A stretch of 64,000 bases of DNA, taken from NCBI RefSeq assembly GCF_963676685.1, contig NC_092357.1, positions 55,924,001-55,988,000 of the forward strand. Direction: 5' to 3'. Below are positions 24,656 through 37,659 of this stretch, one piece after another (the stretch's first letter is position 1; every line of letters begins with the position of its first letter). Origin of the DNA: Mytilus edulis. Lineage: Eukaryota. Under the pieces are notes generated by a model, which was not told where the DNA came from, ran no database searches, and saw only the letters and a list, made by a program, of their open reading frames with translations. The position numbers and the translations under genes were made by a program.

Positions 24656-26409
24656 AGAAAAATTGGTACCGTTAATGTTAATATAGTAGACATTTTATGG
24701 ATACCATCATCTTTATGTAGAATGTTATGAAATATCAATTTCACAATCTCATTATGATTAAAAATATCATATCAAAGGGAACATATGATCAGTTTCAAGT
24801 TGATTTGACTTCAACTTAATTAAAAACTACCTAAATTGACAAAACCTTTAACTTGAAGCGGGACAGACGACCAGACACACAAACCAAAAACATAATGCCT
24901 CTAGGATTTCCATATAAATAAATCCAACTCTGCATTTCTTTCCCAAAACCAACTTTCCCCCCTGAAATTGGGTTTTATATTTAATAAAAAAAATACCGTT
25001 GTCCAATTGTTAATCATTATTTTACTTTCTTATTTTTTATACAGATAATGAAACATTAGCCTGCTATTTACAATATGTTTGTGCAGCTGAACTTTATGTG
25101 AATGTATTTTTTAACCCTATAAACACTGTCTTTAGAAATGATGATGAACGAAAATGTTCTAACGTCGTTTGTTCTATGTTTAGAGGAGGACATCACGAGA
25201 CTCAATTCTAAGTTATTTGTACATTTTTTATAATTTCAAAGCAGCATGCCAAGACCCCTTCTGTCCTAGCAAGGTGTCCAACACAAATTGAAAGTATCAG
25301 TTTAAGCTTACATATTCCGTTTTTCCTATCCAGTTGGATTGTTAACTTTTTTGACACATATATCATGCACGGTTGAATTTTTTTTGTTTTTTTTTTATAT
25401 TTTGAAATTTATAACTTAAAAAATGGAATTTTCAGGAGCGAAATTTCAGTGTCAGAAAAGGGTCAGAATGCAGGATTTTGCACCATTTATTCAAATTATT
25501 CTGTATTCTTTACATTTTAGCACCTCATTATTCTCTATTCGTTATTTTGTTGGTTCATTTTCTCTATTCTTTATATAGTTTTTGCCAATTGATCTCTATT
25601 TTGTAAACCCCCATATGCACCCTATTAATGATTTACTACAATAATCTGAGCATTCGTGTATATTCGTCACCCAGCTGTGAAATTAAAATTCGTATCCCAT
25701 GTTTTTTGAAATTACCTGTCTTTCTAAATATTTTGATATGAGCGTCACTGATGATACCTTTGATAACTATTCACAGGTAAAATATTTGCATATAACGGAC
25801 ATGTTTTACCAATTGTAAAATTTCAATTGTCAATACAACATTATGTAAGGTTAAAGATTAATCTATAAAATATTCAGATTCAATCATATTTTCAAGAGTC
25901 GCATATATCTGAGACTACTATAACACATATTCATTAAACTGTTTCTTTAGAAAGGAATTTGAATAAAGAAAAAAACATCTACACCTTATTAACAGAAAAA
26001 GCACAGACTGAAATAAAAAAGAGACCAATGGGTGGGTTGGAAAGGGGGAGGGGTTATGAAAATACTTCATATGTTAATACTGCTCATGTTAATAACTGTA
26101 TCAAATCGATTAAATCGACTTGCTTTATACATAATCGGCATATCATAAATGTATGATTAGCTTGAAATATCAGTCATGACCATCTACAGAGTTTCATAAT
26201 GTCAGAACTACCAAACTCTCTGTACCAGCAACAGCATCGCAGTCGGAGCAAAATTAAAGCTAAAAGACAAGCATATCCAAATGTGTAACAATATGTACGA
26301 TACTCCGTAATATCCAAAAGGATAGCTGGATCCTTAAACCAATCACCAGTCAAGTTTCATTAGCCCTACACTTCAATAGGCTGAATTTGTGTTCGTTGTG
26401 ACTATACCT

Positions 26410-26890
26410 TGTCAGGAAGTATCGCTTTTGGGTTCTCAATTCTCTTCAACTTCGGACTTTGTTTTAACTGTTTAACTTTTTTTATTCGAGCGTCACTAAT
26501 GCGTCTTTTGTTGACGAAACTCGCGTTTGGCGTACACATTTTAATCTATGATGAGTTTAAACACTCATAGAGTTTTAATTCCCCGAGGGTATCACCAGTC
26601 CAGTAGTCAGCACTTCTATGCTGACATGAATTATCATTGATACGGTCATATTTTTAAATTTACTGTTTACAAAACTTTTAAATTTTTGAAATACTAAGGC
26701 TTTTCTACCTCAGGAATAGATTACCTTAGCTGTATTTGGCAATATTTTAGGAACTTTGGTCCTCAATGCTCTTCAACTTCGTACTTTATTTGGCCTTTTT
26801 GATTTTTTTGGATTCGAGCGTTACTGATGAGTCTTTTGTAGACGAAACGTGCGTCTGGCGTAAATACAAAATTTGATGCGTTTATTTATT
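26410..26890 (+). mobile_element. Retrozyme family 1 unit bounded by two hammerheads (~328 bp apart)
   Basis: Decayed hammerhead at 26490-26533 (CTAATGC core) and intact one at 26818-26861. The internal block CCCCGAGGGTATCACCAGTCCAGTAG is shared with family 2. Confidence 0.85.
26818..26861 (+). ncRNA. Type I hammerhead ribozyme (family 1), intact core
   Basis: GCGTTA-CTGATGA-GTCT-TTTGT-AGAC-GAAA-CGTGCG-TC^TGGCGT. Confidence 0.88.
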
Positions 26891-27458
26891 CATAGTTAAC
26901 CCTGCATATTTCTGTTTGCATCGTGTAGGGAATGTTAGTTTAGATGACAAATTAGTTGATACATTTAAGATTGTGTTGATGTACAACGGTCTGAAAGTTA
27001 TAGAGACTGAGGTTATAAATTAATCAGGTAAGGTTGACCTATAGTTGATTTGTCTAATCTTTGTGGTTCCTGTTGGTTATATCATATTCTATTGACAATT
27101 TTTACATATATAGATACTTGTAATATAGCTTAGTCAATTTAGCTCTAAAATCACTCAACCTGCAACTTATGGCAACGCAAGGGTTTTAAAGTGAAAATTA
27201 GAATATAGGCTTGTACTAACAACATATTAAAAATCTACATTTAATATAATTGAGGAAAAGGTGATTTTGGGTGAAATATGTGGATTTAAGAGAATTACAG
27301 AAAACTGGAAAAGAATAAAAATTGTTATTTACGGTTACATTTTTAGACATGTGTTATGAGATAATTCTTCTTGTGTTGCTCATACATTACTATTCCGTAT
27401 GTTTCATCATTTTACACTACAGTGATGATTAGTCATCGTCAATTTCATTTTCTGAAAT

Positions 27459-27782
27459 TCACACGCTACTTGTTGCTTCCCATGGTTCACAATATTGTTT
27501 TTTGTCTATTGCGTTCTCTTGTTGTGGCAGGTTAAAAGCCACTTTCAATGGGAAGTTTTGTCGAATTTTTACAGGTGATCGGCGCTTTACTGGTTCGTTT
27601 TGGAGACGATTACACCATTTACACCTTTGTATTGGCTTTTTTGGACAAAGGTGTCGTTTCATATTGAAGATGCAGATCACCAACCACATTGTCAAAATAG
27701 CACAAATGCCAAGACCGAGAATGATTGAGCCATACATGAAAAATTCGGCCTTATAAATCCAAAATCTGTATTTGGAGTTCAA
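27459..27782 (-). CDS. Possible terminal exon (or pseudo-exon) of a single-pass membrane protein
   Basis: Hydrophobic stretch FFMYGSIILGLGICAILTMWLVICIF followed by basic NMKRHLCPKKP. There is a strong polyT-CAG acceptor at ~27800, but in-frame stops lie between it and the ORF, so the exon may be decayed. Confidence 0.35.
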   Translation of the reverse strand: MNSKYRFWIYKAEFFMYGSIILGLGICAILTMWLVICIFNMKRHLCPKKPIQRCKWCNRLQNEPVKRRSPVKIRQNFPLKVAFNLPQQENAIDKKQYCEPWEATSSV

Positions 27783-30700
27783 GAATCAATACTAACTATC
27801 TGAAAAAAAAGTTAGTGCCACTTTTTTAAAGGCAAACTATTCATTGTTGAAATAAAGAAATGACTCATCTAGTAATTCCTACATGCCTAAAACATTCGAT
27901 TGTATTTTATAGTTAGACAATTAATAAGGATTAACAAAAAGATATGTATTAACAAAAAAGAAACCGTAATATCAATACTTTCCTCTTATTACATGTAGAT
28001 AGTCTGCGTTCCCCTTTTTTCTATGGGAAACATATTGATGTAATATTGTTTGTTTTAATACATATGTTGTACTCATATTATCTGTATGCTTTATTATTTA
28101 TACATAGAGTATACAATTTGAAAATGAACATTAGTTTAGCGCTGAACCCCGATTTTTGTTCGTTTCTTTGTCACCCTTAGCCTGAACAAAAACTTCAACA
28201 TGTCTAACTGTAAAACAGAAAAAGTGAAATGTTGAATTGTGGTAATCAAATTACGGTTAATAAAGGGTTCATTGCCGAACTGCGCTCGTTTGATTGTGTA
28301 CGTACTGGTAGATCAAGCCTTTTTCAATTGTAATTCACAGCTGGTTCTAATGATGTGCTGCTACACAATTGTATCATATTAGAAGTAGGTATGCGTTCTC
28401 CAAACCTTTTTACATCTGTCACACACCGTTTGTGTATTTGCCTATTACAATTCAGAATCCAGTTATACATTTAACAGTTGTCAATTATTTAACTGGTTCA
28501 TTTTTGAAACATAAACCTACAGCTGTTTTCTTCTTTTAGTTATCTGAGGTTTTGTCATGACATGGCTTTGTACACTTTCCGATAGATGTCGGATTAGAAA
28601 TAATTTTTGAGCGCTGACATTCATATTCCTATATTACAAATTCATTGCCTAATTGCTTGGTAGATTTTGTATTTTTTCTAGTCAGGTACAGTTGCATTCC
28701 TCTCCTTAATTACACTGGTGCCTTGATGTTAGTAGATTTGTATTGAACCTACAGCATGAATCATCCAAACTCTGAAATGGACATCCATCAACGACCTTTA
28801 TTAGTTTTGAACGGTTATTATTAAATGCATGTTTTAATTATACAAAATTGCCATGCCTTTATCTTTTACCGTCCTTTTTATAATTGTATTGGTGTATAAA
28901 ATGCGATGACAGAAGCACATCTTGCGCTTCCTGTTAAAAATGTGCGCACGATGAACGCTTTTACAAAATAAATAGGGGCATTTAATTTGTTTCATCACAT
29001 TTCTATGCTACAACAATCAACTTAAGATTTATATAAAGCTTTTTATCGGTGTTATAAATGGATTTATTTAGTATTGTCACTGATAGCATATGCAGTCATA
29101 GCTGTTTTATTTTATACGGAAATTATATTTGATATTGGAGTGCCTCGTGATTGATGTCAGGTATTCAAAATTACTGATTCTAATGAAAAATAAATGTAAT
29201 GTAATTATTTATAATCAAATCATGTTTTAATGTTTGCATGTTTCATTTCATTTATCATTTGAAATGAACAGATTTGGAGTGATCAGAAAATATTTCGTAA
29301 TCTAACCTTTACTGTATCTGCTTAAGTCTTCCTGATATATGATAAATAGGTAGGATATGAAAACCATTAATAAATATATCGATATTATATAGCTTCAAGT
29401 GTTTATTTCGGAGTTTGATTGAGCACTGAAGTAGGTTTATTTTAATACTTCCCCGATTCAAGATTTAAAGTGGATAGTTTTAGAAGACAAACAATAAAAC
29501 AAAAAGACAAATTTTAAGTGGATAGTTTTAGAATACAAAAAACAACAACAAAAAACATGTGTATTTTGTATGATTGTACCATGTAAGGAAGGTCGTCATT
29601 AGTTTTATAATCGAATGTCGTGAAGAGGATATTGGTATAGATATATCCAATTTCTTGTTTGAAGACAGCTATATAAACATATGTTTCAATTAACTTAAGC
29701 AAAGTTAACCTAAATAGAATCAACTGTTCTTTCAAAATCATTTTTGGTGATGTGTTTGTGCAAATATTAATATATATATAAATGCGTTTCATGCTATTAT
29801 TTTGCTGATACATTTTCTATAGACGACGATTAAGAGTTTGACTTAAACATCTGTTAATTGTTGGATTTGTAAATTAGGTATAACACAATATACAAAATTA
29901 GTATATTCTGCTGCGATATCGCTGTTTTCTGTGTGTCGTATTGAAGAAGTGGATAATATTTTAACAGCTTTTCTGTTTTATTTCTTAACGTAATACGATT
30001 TTATGAGAATATCCCTACAACAAGGAATAATCTAGGAAAGACACATTCCACGTTAAAGAGAAAACAATCACATAATACGTTTTTCATTCCGCATTGAATA
30101 TTGAATTGATATAGAAATAAGAAGAAGCCATATGATCTACAATGATACATTTTTGTATATAAAATCATTTACAATAAAAATGGCAGTTTTATGTAAGTCA
30201 TTTTAAAATGTGCCAAACCCATTCCGTAAGAAAGCCGTGTAATGCGCGGAAATGGTCAAAATGTAAAAAAAATAACAAAAACGACCTAATTTATGCAACA
30301 GATATAAACGAAAAACACTAAGGACAAACAGCAATCAACGGTAAAATTAAAGGCAACAGTAGTATATCGATGTTCAAAACTCATAAATCGATAGAAAAAA
30401 AAACAAATCCGGGTCACAAACCAAAACCGAGGGAAACTCATTAAATATAAGAGAATGACGACACAACATTCATGGACTATTTATGCAATAAAAATGAAAA
30501 GAGTTACTTCTAATTAAAGATTTGATTTTGGTGAAAGTTATGCACATTTCAAGTCGTCTATGTTTAATATATACACATAAAACATGTCTTAAACATGGAC
30601 TAATATATATTCAAGCAATGCTGTGGATAGTTTTAGAATACAAAAAACAACGACAAAAACATGTGTATTTTGTATGATCGTACCATGTAAGGAAGGTCGT

Positions 30701-31346
30701 CATTAGTTTTATAATCGAATGTCGTGAAGAGGATATTGGTATAGATATATCCAATTTCTTGTTTGAAGACAGCTATATAAACAATATATACACATAAAAC
30801 ATGTCTTAAACATGGACTAATATATATTCAAGCAATGCTGTTTATTATCATAAACATGTCCAATTATATGCAAATGCCTGATTTCAACGTCCTTTTCGCG
30901 TTTTTAGAAAGTCAATATTTCTTTTAAATATATCATTTTTTTTTCATCAATTCAGCAAGACTATGTGTACAAAAAGTATCTTCAATTAGACTACGGTTGT
31001 TATATGGCAGGAAAAAAATGCAATTACATGAAAATCATACAGATGCATAAGGTCAAAGGTCAAATAAGAATATAAAAAAAATATGCCTTATTAAATTTCT
31101 ACTTCAGGGTACAATCAAATAATATATACTTTATTTGTATTTATTGCTTATGAAAAAAATCCCATTGAGTCCCTATCTGTAGACCATCGAATTAGCAAAT
31201 TTCGATACAGTAAAATTATCTGCCGATTTGTATTTTCGATCTCAAGTATGGAATAGAATGTTATCCCGCACAAAGCGGTGTAACTCTTTCATCTTTTTTT
31301 TTTAAACGTCGAACCAATTGTATACCAATAACTTTTGATAAATGAA

Positions 31347-31792
31347 TAGAATCATATTCAAAACAGTGTAGCTGTGGCCATTGATTGACAACCTTAAATT
31401 ATCCCATTGACTGGGGCAGATTAGGCGAACATTTGTCTGTAACAACCGCTGCTCACTATGTACTTGTTAAAGGCACTTAAACTGTAGGGTCACAAAAGGT
31501 TCTCAACACCTAAATAAAGAAATTAGAAAAACTAATCAGGAATAACACGATGTTTTGATTTATATCAATAATATAAATCAAAACATAAAGTTATTCCTGA
31601 TTAATTTTTCGAACTATTTTAATATTAAAGGCGTTAAGAACCTTTGGTGACCCCACAGTTTAAATTCTATAATAAGTAAGTAGTGAGCAGTTGTCGTTAC
31701 AGACACACGTTCATCTAATCTGCCCCAGTCAATGGGATAATTTAAGGTTGTCAATCAATGGCCACAGCTACACTGTTTTGAATATGATTCTA
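31347..31792. mobile_element. 446-bp foldback MITE (near-complete palindrome)
   Basis: 78-bp perfect terminal inverted repeats starting TAGAATCATATTCAAAACAGTG. Imperfect complementarity continues to a centre at ~31568. TA at both ends. Confidence 0.9.
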
Positions 31793-32224
31793 ATACAATT
31801 CGAACCGTTTTAACACTTTCATTCATTTGATAAATAGTTTCACAGGGCAACATTTAATCTTTGTGTAAATTTTGTTAATACGTAATGTGACAAAGATAGG
31901 TCTGTTCTGTAAACCATGACCATACCAGGCCTTGCTTCTCTACCGTATGTATGTATTAAAATAAATATAAAAATGAAAAGATATAATATGATCGCCTTTG
32001 TCAACACTCCAACAGACACAAAATGACGTTGAACAGCCTTTATCACTGAGTAAAACCCATATCTCATAACAAGCTACATAATGTTTATCAGCAAGCATAG
32101 CCGAACAACAAAGTTATTGTTAAACTGTCATTTATATGGCGTGAATCAGATGTGAAGACTAAAAAAAATCCAAAGATCTTTTAGAGTTCATACAATTTAA
32201 GACTCTTTCGTCTTGAAATAATAT

Positions 32225-34726
32225 TAGCTTAGCTTAGCTTATCCTCTTCATCCCAAGTGGGACATAAGGCCACAACAAACTGCCTCCACTTCTCTCTGTC
32301 CTTAGCTATGTACTTGGCTTGGCCCCAGGTGTATCCCATTGCTTCTAATTCTGCTGTTACAGTTCTTCGCCAGGTGATTCTAGGCCTCCCTGGTTGCCTT
32401 TTTCCTGGTGGTGTCCAATATAGAGCTGTTTTAGGTGTGCGGTGTTGTGGCATTCTCAGTACATGACCTAACCATCTAAATCTTCGTTGTTTAATTTCTT
32501 CTGTTATGCTCTTAGCATTGCATTTCTTCAAAAGGCTCTTGTTGCTGATCTTATTTGGCCAGAATATTTTGTTGATTTTTCTAAGGCAGCTAGTATGGAA
32601 AGCATCTACTTTTTGAAGGTCACTCACTAAAACACGCCATGTTTCCGAACCATACAGTAGGACAGATTTTACATTGCTGTTGTAAATTAGCAGTTTGGTC
32701 CTTAAACTGTACTGGTTAGACTTCCAGATTGTATGAAGTCTAGCAAATGTTGCGCGTGCCTTAGATAGTCTTGCCTTTATATCCTTCCCTGTTCCATTAT
32801 CTTTGCTTATGATGCTTCATAGGTAGGTGAAATCGTCAACACTGTCCACTGGCAGATCATTGATTGTTATTGGTGTTGTATTTCTATTGTTTATTGACAT
32901 TGCCTTGGTCTTCTTGGTATTGACATTCAGACCAGTTTGCTTTGCATAGTTGGTAAGTATGTTGGTCTTCTCTTGGAGGTGTTCACTTGTTGTTGATAAT
33001 ATGGCAATGTCATCAGCAAAATCAAGGTCTTCTAGCTGGTTAAACAAGGTCCACTGGATACCCCTTTTCTTATCTGATGTTGTATTTCTTTGTATCCAGT
33101 CAATGGCCAATAAAAATAAGATTGGTGACATAATACATCCTTGTCTTACACCAGATTTTACTTCAAATGAGTCTGAGATAGAGCTATCAAGGATGACACT
33201 GCATTCAAAGCTGTTGTAGAAGGCTTTTATTAGCATCAATATCTAAGGTGGAATTCCATATGATCTTACAATTTTCCAAAGAGTTTCTCTATGGATACTG
33301 TCAAAGGCCTTTTTGAAGTCAATGAAATTAATGAAAAGTGGTGTGTTCCTTTCAATGCATTGCTCGATGATGTTCCTCAGAGTGAAAATTTGGTCAATGC
33401 ATCCTCTGCCTCGTCTAAAGCCTGCTTGTTCTTCTCTAAGCTTTTCATCTACAATTTTATCAATTCTTTTTAGAAGAATTTTGCAAAAGACCTTACTAGG
33501 GACAGAAAGTAATGTAATCCCTCTCCAGTTGTCACAGTTGCGTAGATTGCCTTTCTTTGGTAATTTTACAATCAGGCCTTTGCTCCAGTCTGATGGAATG
33601 TTCCCTTCTTCCCAGATGACAAGGAAAAGATTGTGGAGTACTTTGGATGATGTTTCTAAGTCTGCCTTTAACATCTCTGCGTGAATGGAATCGATGCCTG
33701 GTGCCTTCCCCGTCTTCAATGATTTAATGGCATTTCTTACTTCATCTATAGTTGGTGGTTCTGTGTTGATGTTTAAATCGTCTTCTGATGGTTCAGGGGT
33801 AGCTATGAAATCAGGCTCAGGGCAGTTTAATACCTCTTTGAAATGTTGGACCCACCTTTCTGCTTGTTCCCTTTCTGTTTTCAATGCTTTGCCATTTTTG
33901 TCGTTTACATGTGCTGTCTGTGCATTTGATGTTCCACAGAGTTGTTTGGTGATTTTGTAAACTGTACTTAACTCTCCAAGAATGGCTGCCTTTTCTGCTT
34001 CTTTTGCAAGGTCCTCCAAATATTGTCTTTTATCTTTTCTCGCACTTCTTTTGACCTCTTTGTCCTTTGCTCTGTATGTTACTTGCAGTTGATCTTGTAA
34101 CCTTTTGGATTTTGCATTTACTGATTTTAGTTTTATAATCTTTCTTTCTTCAATGTTTTGCCATGTTTCCGATGTTAACCAATCTTTGTTCTTTTTTGTC
34201 TTATGACCAACTGTCTTTTCTGCCGTCTTTACATAAATATCTTTGATGTTATCCCATTTTTCTTGTACACTATCTTCTCCATCATCAGAGTTATCTAGCA
34301 CACTAAACCGATTTTTCAATTCTAAGCAAAAAGCTTTCTTGACGTTTGATGACTTCAACCTTGCTGTGTCTAGTCTCTTTCTGTTCTGGTTTTCAACATG
34401 TGCCTTTCTTAGTTTTAGTTTGATGGTAGCTTTCAGTAGGTAGTGATCGCTGTTTACATCTGCACCCCTGAGTACTCGTACATCTCTTAATGATCTACGC
34501 CACTTGTTGTTCACCAATATGTGGTCAATCTGGTTAACTGTTCTTCCATCAGGTGATTTCCATGTTAGTTTATGGATGTTTTTATGTGGAAAGATGGTCC
34601 CTCCTATCACCAGTTTATTACAAAGACAGAGATCGATAGCACGTTCACCATTCTCATTTTTCACCCCGCAACCATGCCTGCCCATCACATATTCAGCATC
34701 AGTGTTGTCGGATCCTACTTTAGCAG
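32225..34726 (-). mobile_element. 5'-truncated RTE-clade LINE (partial APE endonuclease + reverse transcriptase)
   Basis: One reading frame broken by two nonsense codons (33243 TAG, 32817 TGA). Motifs NQIDHIL, SDHYLL, DFKKAFDS, GVRQGCIMSP, LDFADD. (TAAGC)n 3' tail. 10-bp TSD GAAATAATAT at 32215-32224 and 34727-34736. Confidence 0.95.
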
Positions 34727-34899
34727 GAAATAATATAATTGTTTGAAATAATATAAACAATTTGAAATGTCTACACTTTACACAAGTATTGCCGGTTCCA
34801 ATTAAACGACAAATAGAAAATGTTGGTCCTGCTTTGTTTTTTAGAAAGGAAAGACCAACGCATATGCAAGTATCTTGTCTTAGGACGGGATAACACGTA

Positions 34900-35760
34900 C
34901 TATGTTAAAAAGTATCATTCTGATGCTTACTAAAGATCTTCGGAAATTGACATTATCTAGATGCTTAATTTTTTGATTGACAACATATTTGTACCGTTTG
35001 AAGAATGTTTTTTTCAACAAATAATAGCTATTCCCTTACAAACCAACTATGATTTTCTTCTGAAGGATTTGTTACTTTAATCGTATGAGTCTTACTGTAT
35101 AAGGACCTTCGTAGGAAAAAAAAGAAAATATTGAGCAGTATTTTTTTTACCGTAATTTACGCTGAATAGATAATTTTATTCCAAGAAATTTTGGTGACTT
35201 TATTGAAATTAACCCATTGAATTAAAGTTATAGAATAGAAGAAGAAAGCGAAAGATACAAGCTCAGAGATAGAAAACCAATCGCTACGACTATATTGATA
35301 TTTTTTTTTTATCCCAATTGTGAACCTTCGAATTCTATGTTGCAACATTTCAACAGCGTCTGCCTATGAATTGTATATCTTATATTTGATATGACATTCC
35401 TGGGTTTGTTTTTCCGTTCATGATTTTCTTGATAGAGGGTTGCTGATCACTAGGAAGCTATTACACGAAGAGTTCCAAGTGGTAAAGTTGAAATCATCAC
35501 TCTTCGTAAATTTTACCGACGTAACAACCAGAAAATACGTTAGCTGACTGATATGGAATGTCTGTTTCACAGATGTCCGCTGATATGTAATTACAATTCT
35601 GTCCCGTTTTCCCAAATATAAAATACCTGATATTTTCCGGGTTTGTAATAACGCATGTGTAGCAGGATCTGCTTACATTTCCGGAGCACCTGTGATAATC
35701 CCTGTTTTTGACTAGGTTCGTGCTGCTAAGTCATTAGTTTTCTGTGTTATTTAATGTGTT
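34900..35760 (+). mobile_element. Degenerate Penelope-like element RT remnant
   Basis: ..MLNFLIDNIFVPF...FQQIIAIPLQTN..LLKDLLL*SYE resembles PLE RT LIDNIFV.F...FQQ.VGIPMGTNCAPLLADLFLYSYE. Followed by the GCAGGATCTGCTTAC..CCGGAGCACCTG motif that trails the other PLE remnants here. Confidence 0.7.
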
Positions 35761-36306
35761 GTGTACTGTTGTTTGTCTGATTATCTGTTGGTCTTTTTCC
35801 CGTTTTTAAACATGGTGTTGTCTGTTTATTTTCTACTTTGGTATCTTTCGCTTCTCCTCTTCAAAAGGCCATGAAATGATAAATGTAAAACAATTCATGA
35901 AAGAAAAACAACGGTTTGGAAAAAGTATAACAATACTACCGAATTCCATAGCTATTTAAAAAAGAGGGAATTCCCAAAACAATTCTGACAAAATCAAACG
36001 CTATCAATGTCCGGAACGAGTAAAAAATCATAAATTCTTGACCCGGTACTATAATTTTCAAAAAGAATTGGTGTTAAACTTATGTTTAAAGCTTATGTAC
36101 AACACAATTGACGACAACCTGATATGATGTATAGAAACAATCGACAACCCTTATACTACAGGCTCCTGACTTTGGACAGGCCCATCAATAATGTTGCGGG
36201 TTAAAACAAACATATTATGTATTGTATAATGCATCAAATGTACTTTTTTTAACTATAATTTCAAATATGAAAAAGAACTTGATATTTTACTGTTATGAAT
36301 GTCATT

Positions 36307-37187
36307 TCAATCCCACTGATAATATTCAGCAACTTCCTCTGGCCAATGTAATTTTCGTAGGTTTCAGCACATCGAAGTGTCCAATGTCGAGTTGAATTTC
36401 GTAAACATGAAGCTTGAATCTGTTGATATAATCATCTCTATTCAACTTTGAAATATCTAACATTTATATCACGAGTGTGTTCTAATAAAAATATCAATGA
36501 CCTGACAAAATCTTCAGAATTTCTGTCGCTTATGGCAATTATTCCAATGCGTGTTGTTTTCTCTTTACAATAGGAAGCTGGCCTCACCTTATGGCATATT
36601 TGCTCACTACAACCATTATATACCCTATTATCATATCGGTTTTGAAAGTTGCGAGTTTTAAAAATTAACTCGTATATGCGATTTGTTTCCCAATTGTTTG
36701 TCCTCTTTTCTCTAATTTGTGCGGTTTCCGCTTGCATTTTCTTATATTCCCACTCAATGTCTTCAATTTTTACCTTTAGATCATTGTCAGCTTCTGTTTT
36801 ACATTCTGGTTTTATGTCGTATCTATATATCATTTTTTTCTTCCTTTTGGTATTCTGACCAAACACTAATTCACCTTTAATTTTTACAACGACATCGCTT
36901 TTGTTCCGAAGAGGAAGGCTATCACAAATCACTTGTTTTTGCGCTTTTATTGTTATATAGATAGTTTTATTGTCTACTGGGCTGAACTGTAATTCGCTCT
37001 TAGGTGCAATTTGGGTATAGCCATTATTTGGTACACAATGCCATTTAGTTTCCTTATCTGCATGTGCACCTCTTTCCTCACCATACGCGTGCACTTCAAA
37101 TCCAACCCGTTTTTGAACTGCCAAGTCCTGATGTCGAGTAGCTTTTACATATAAGATTCCATTTGAATCATTTTGTACCAATACCAT
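36307..37187 (-). pseudogene. Paralog A2 of uncharacterised gene family; 249-aa ORF with C-terminus lost by frameshifts
   Basis: A +1 insertion at ~36441 creates TAG, and a second +1 lies near 36365. The corrected frame ends LRKLHWPEEVAEYYQWD*, homologous to the B2 end WPIEVAEYYTMD*. Could be a truncated gene or assembly indel errors. Confidence 0.7.
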
Positions 37188-37271
37188 AGCTATAACAGTC
37201 GGCTAGTTGTATGATCTGAAATATATTGTACAAATTACAAGACATAAGAATATATCATAAAGTTTATATTG

Positions 37272-37659
37272 AGGATGTTCGCTCTCTTGTTTTTGAATTT
37301 TCGCCAGATATTCGGAATCCTCTAGTTTTATCCATATAGTGCCATTAGAAACCTTTGCTAACTAACCCATACTTTTCTTTCTATAATTATATCACAGATA
37401 GTTTAAAAAGCCGTATTTGAAAATCTTATGAAATCCTTGTTAGTTTTGTAGTGTTTTTGAAAGAAAAATTGTGCCATATGCTAAATGTATGAAAAGTCTA
37501 GAGAGAATCATTTCCCGCAAAGTTTTCAATTGCTAATATCTCCAAAACAAGTACACGGACACTTAATTGTGTCTGCTTTTTTTAGTTCCTTTATTTCTAA
37601 ATAAAATTATAATGGTCTTCACTAAGCTTGTTATTTTGAAACAGAGTAGCGAACATCCT
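37272..37659. mobile_element. Non-autonomous TIR element (MITE), copy 2
   Basis: TIRs AGGATGTTCGCT / AGCGAACATCCT. Confidence 0.7.

Larger units (their letters stand above)
23562..24680 (+). mobile_element. Non-LTR retrozyme tandem array (family 2): ~3.2 units of 351 bp with four type I hammerhead ribozymes
   Basis: CTGAAGA cores start at 23565, 23916, 24267 and 24618 (period exactly 351). Units are nearly identical and have no convincing coding capacity. Confidence 0.92.

Noticed and set aside
23735-24744. Repeated 94-aa, 71-aa and 66-aa ORFs as a tandem gene family
   Set aside because: They recur only because of the 351-bp retrozyme unit. They have non-ATG or weak starts, and the conservation is explained by RNA structure.
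25740-25775. Functional hammerhead at GAGCGTCACTGATGA
   Set aside because: Stem II, GAAA and the cleavage site are deleted; only the 5' half remains.
32257-34746. Plus-strand ORFs (69-123 aa) overlapping the LINE
   Set aside because: They are antisense shadows of the RTE reading frame.
35966-35975. Perfect NF-kB palindrome GGGAATTCCC
   Set aside because: A single 10-mer, 3' of gene A2, inside a decayed copy of a common repeat. No supporting context.
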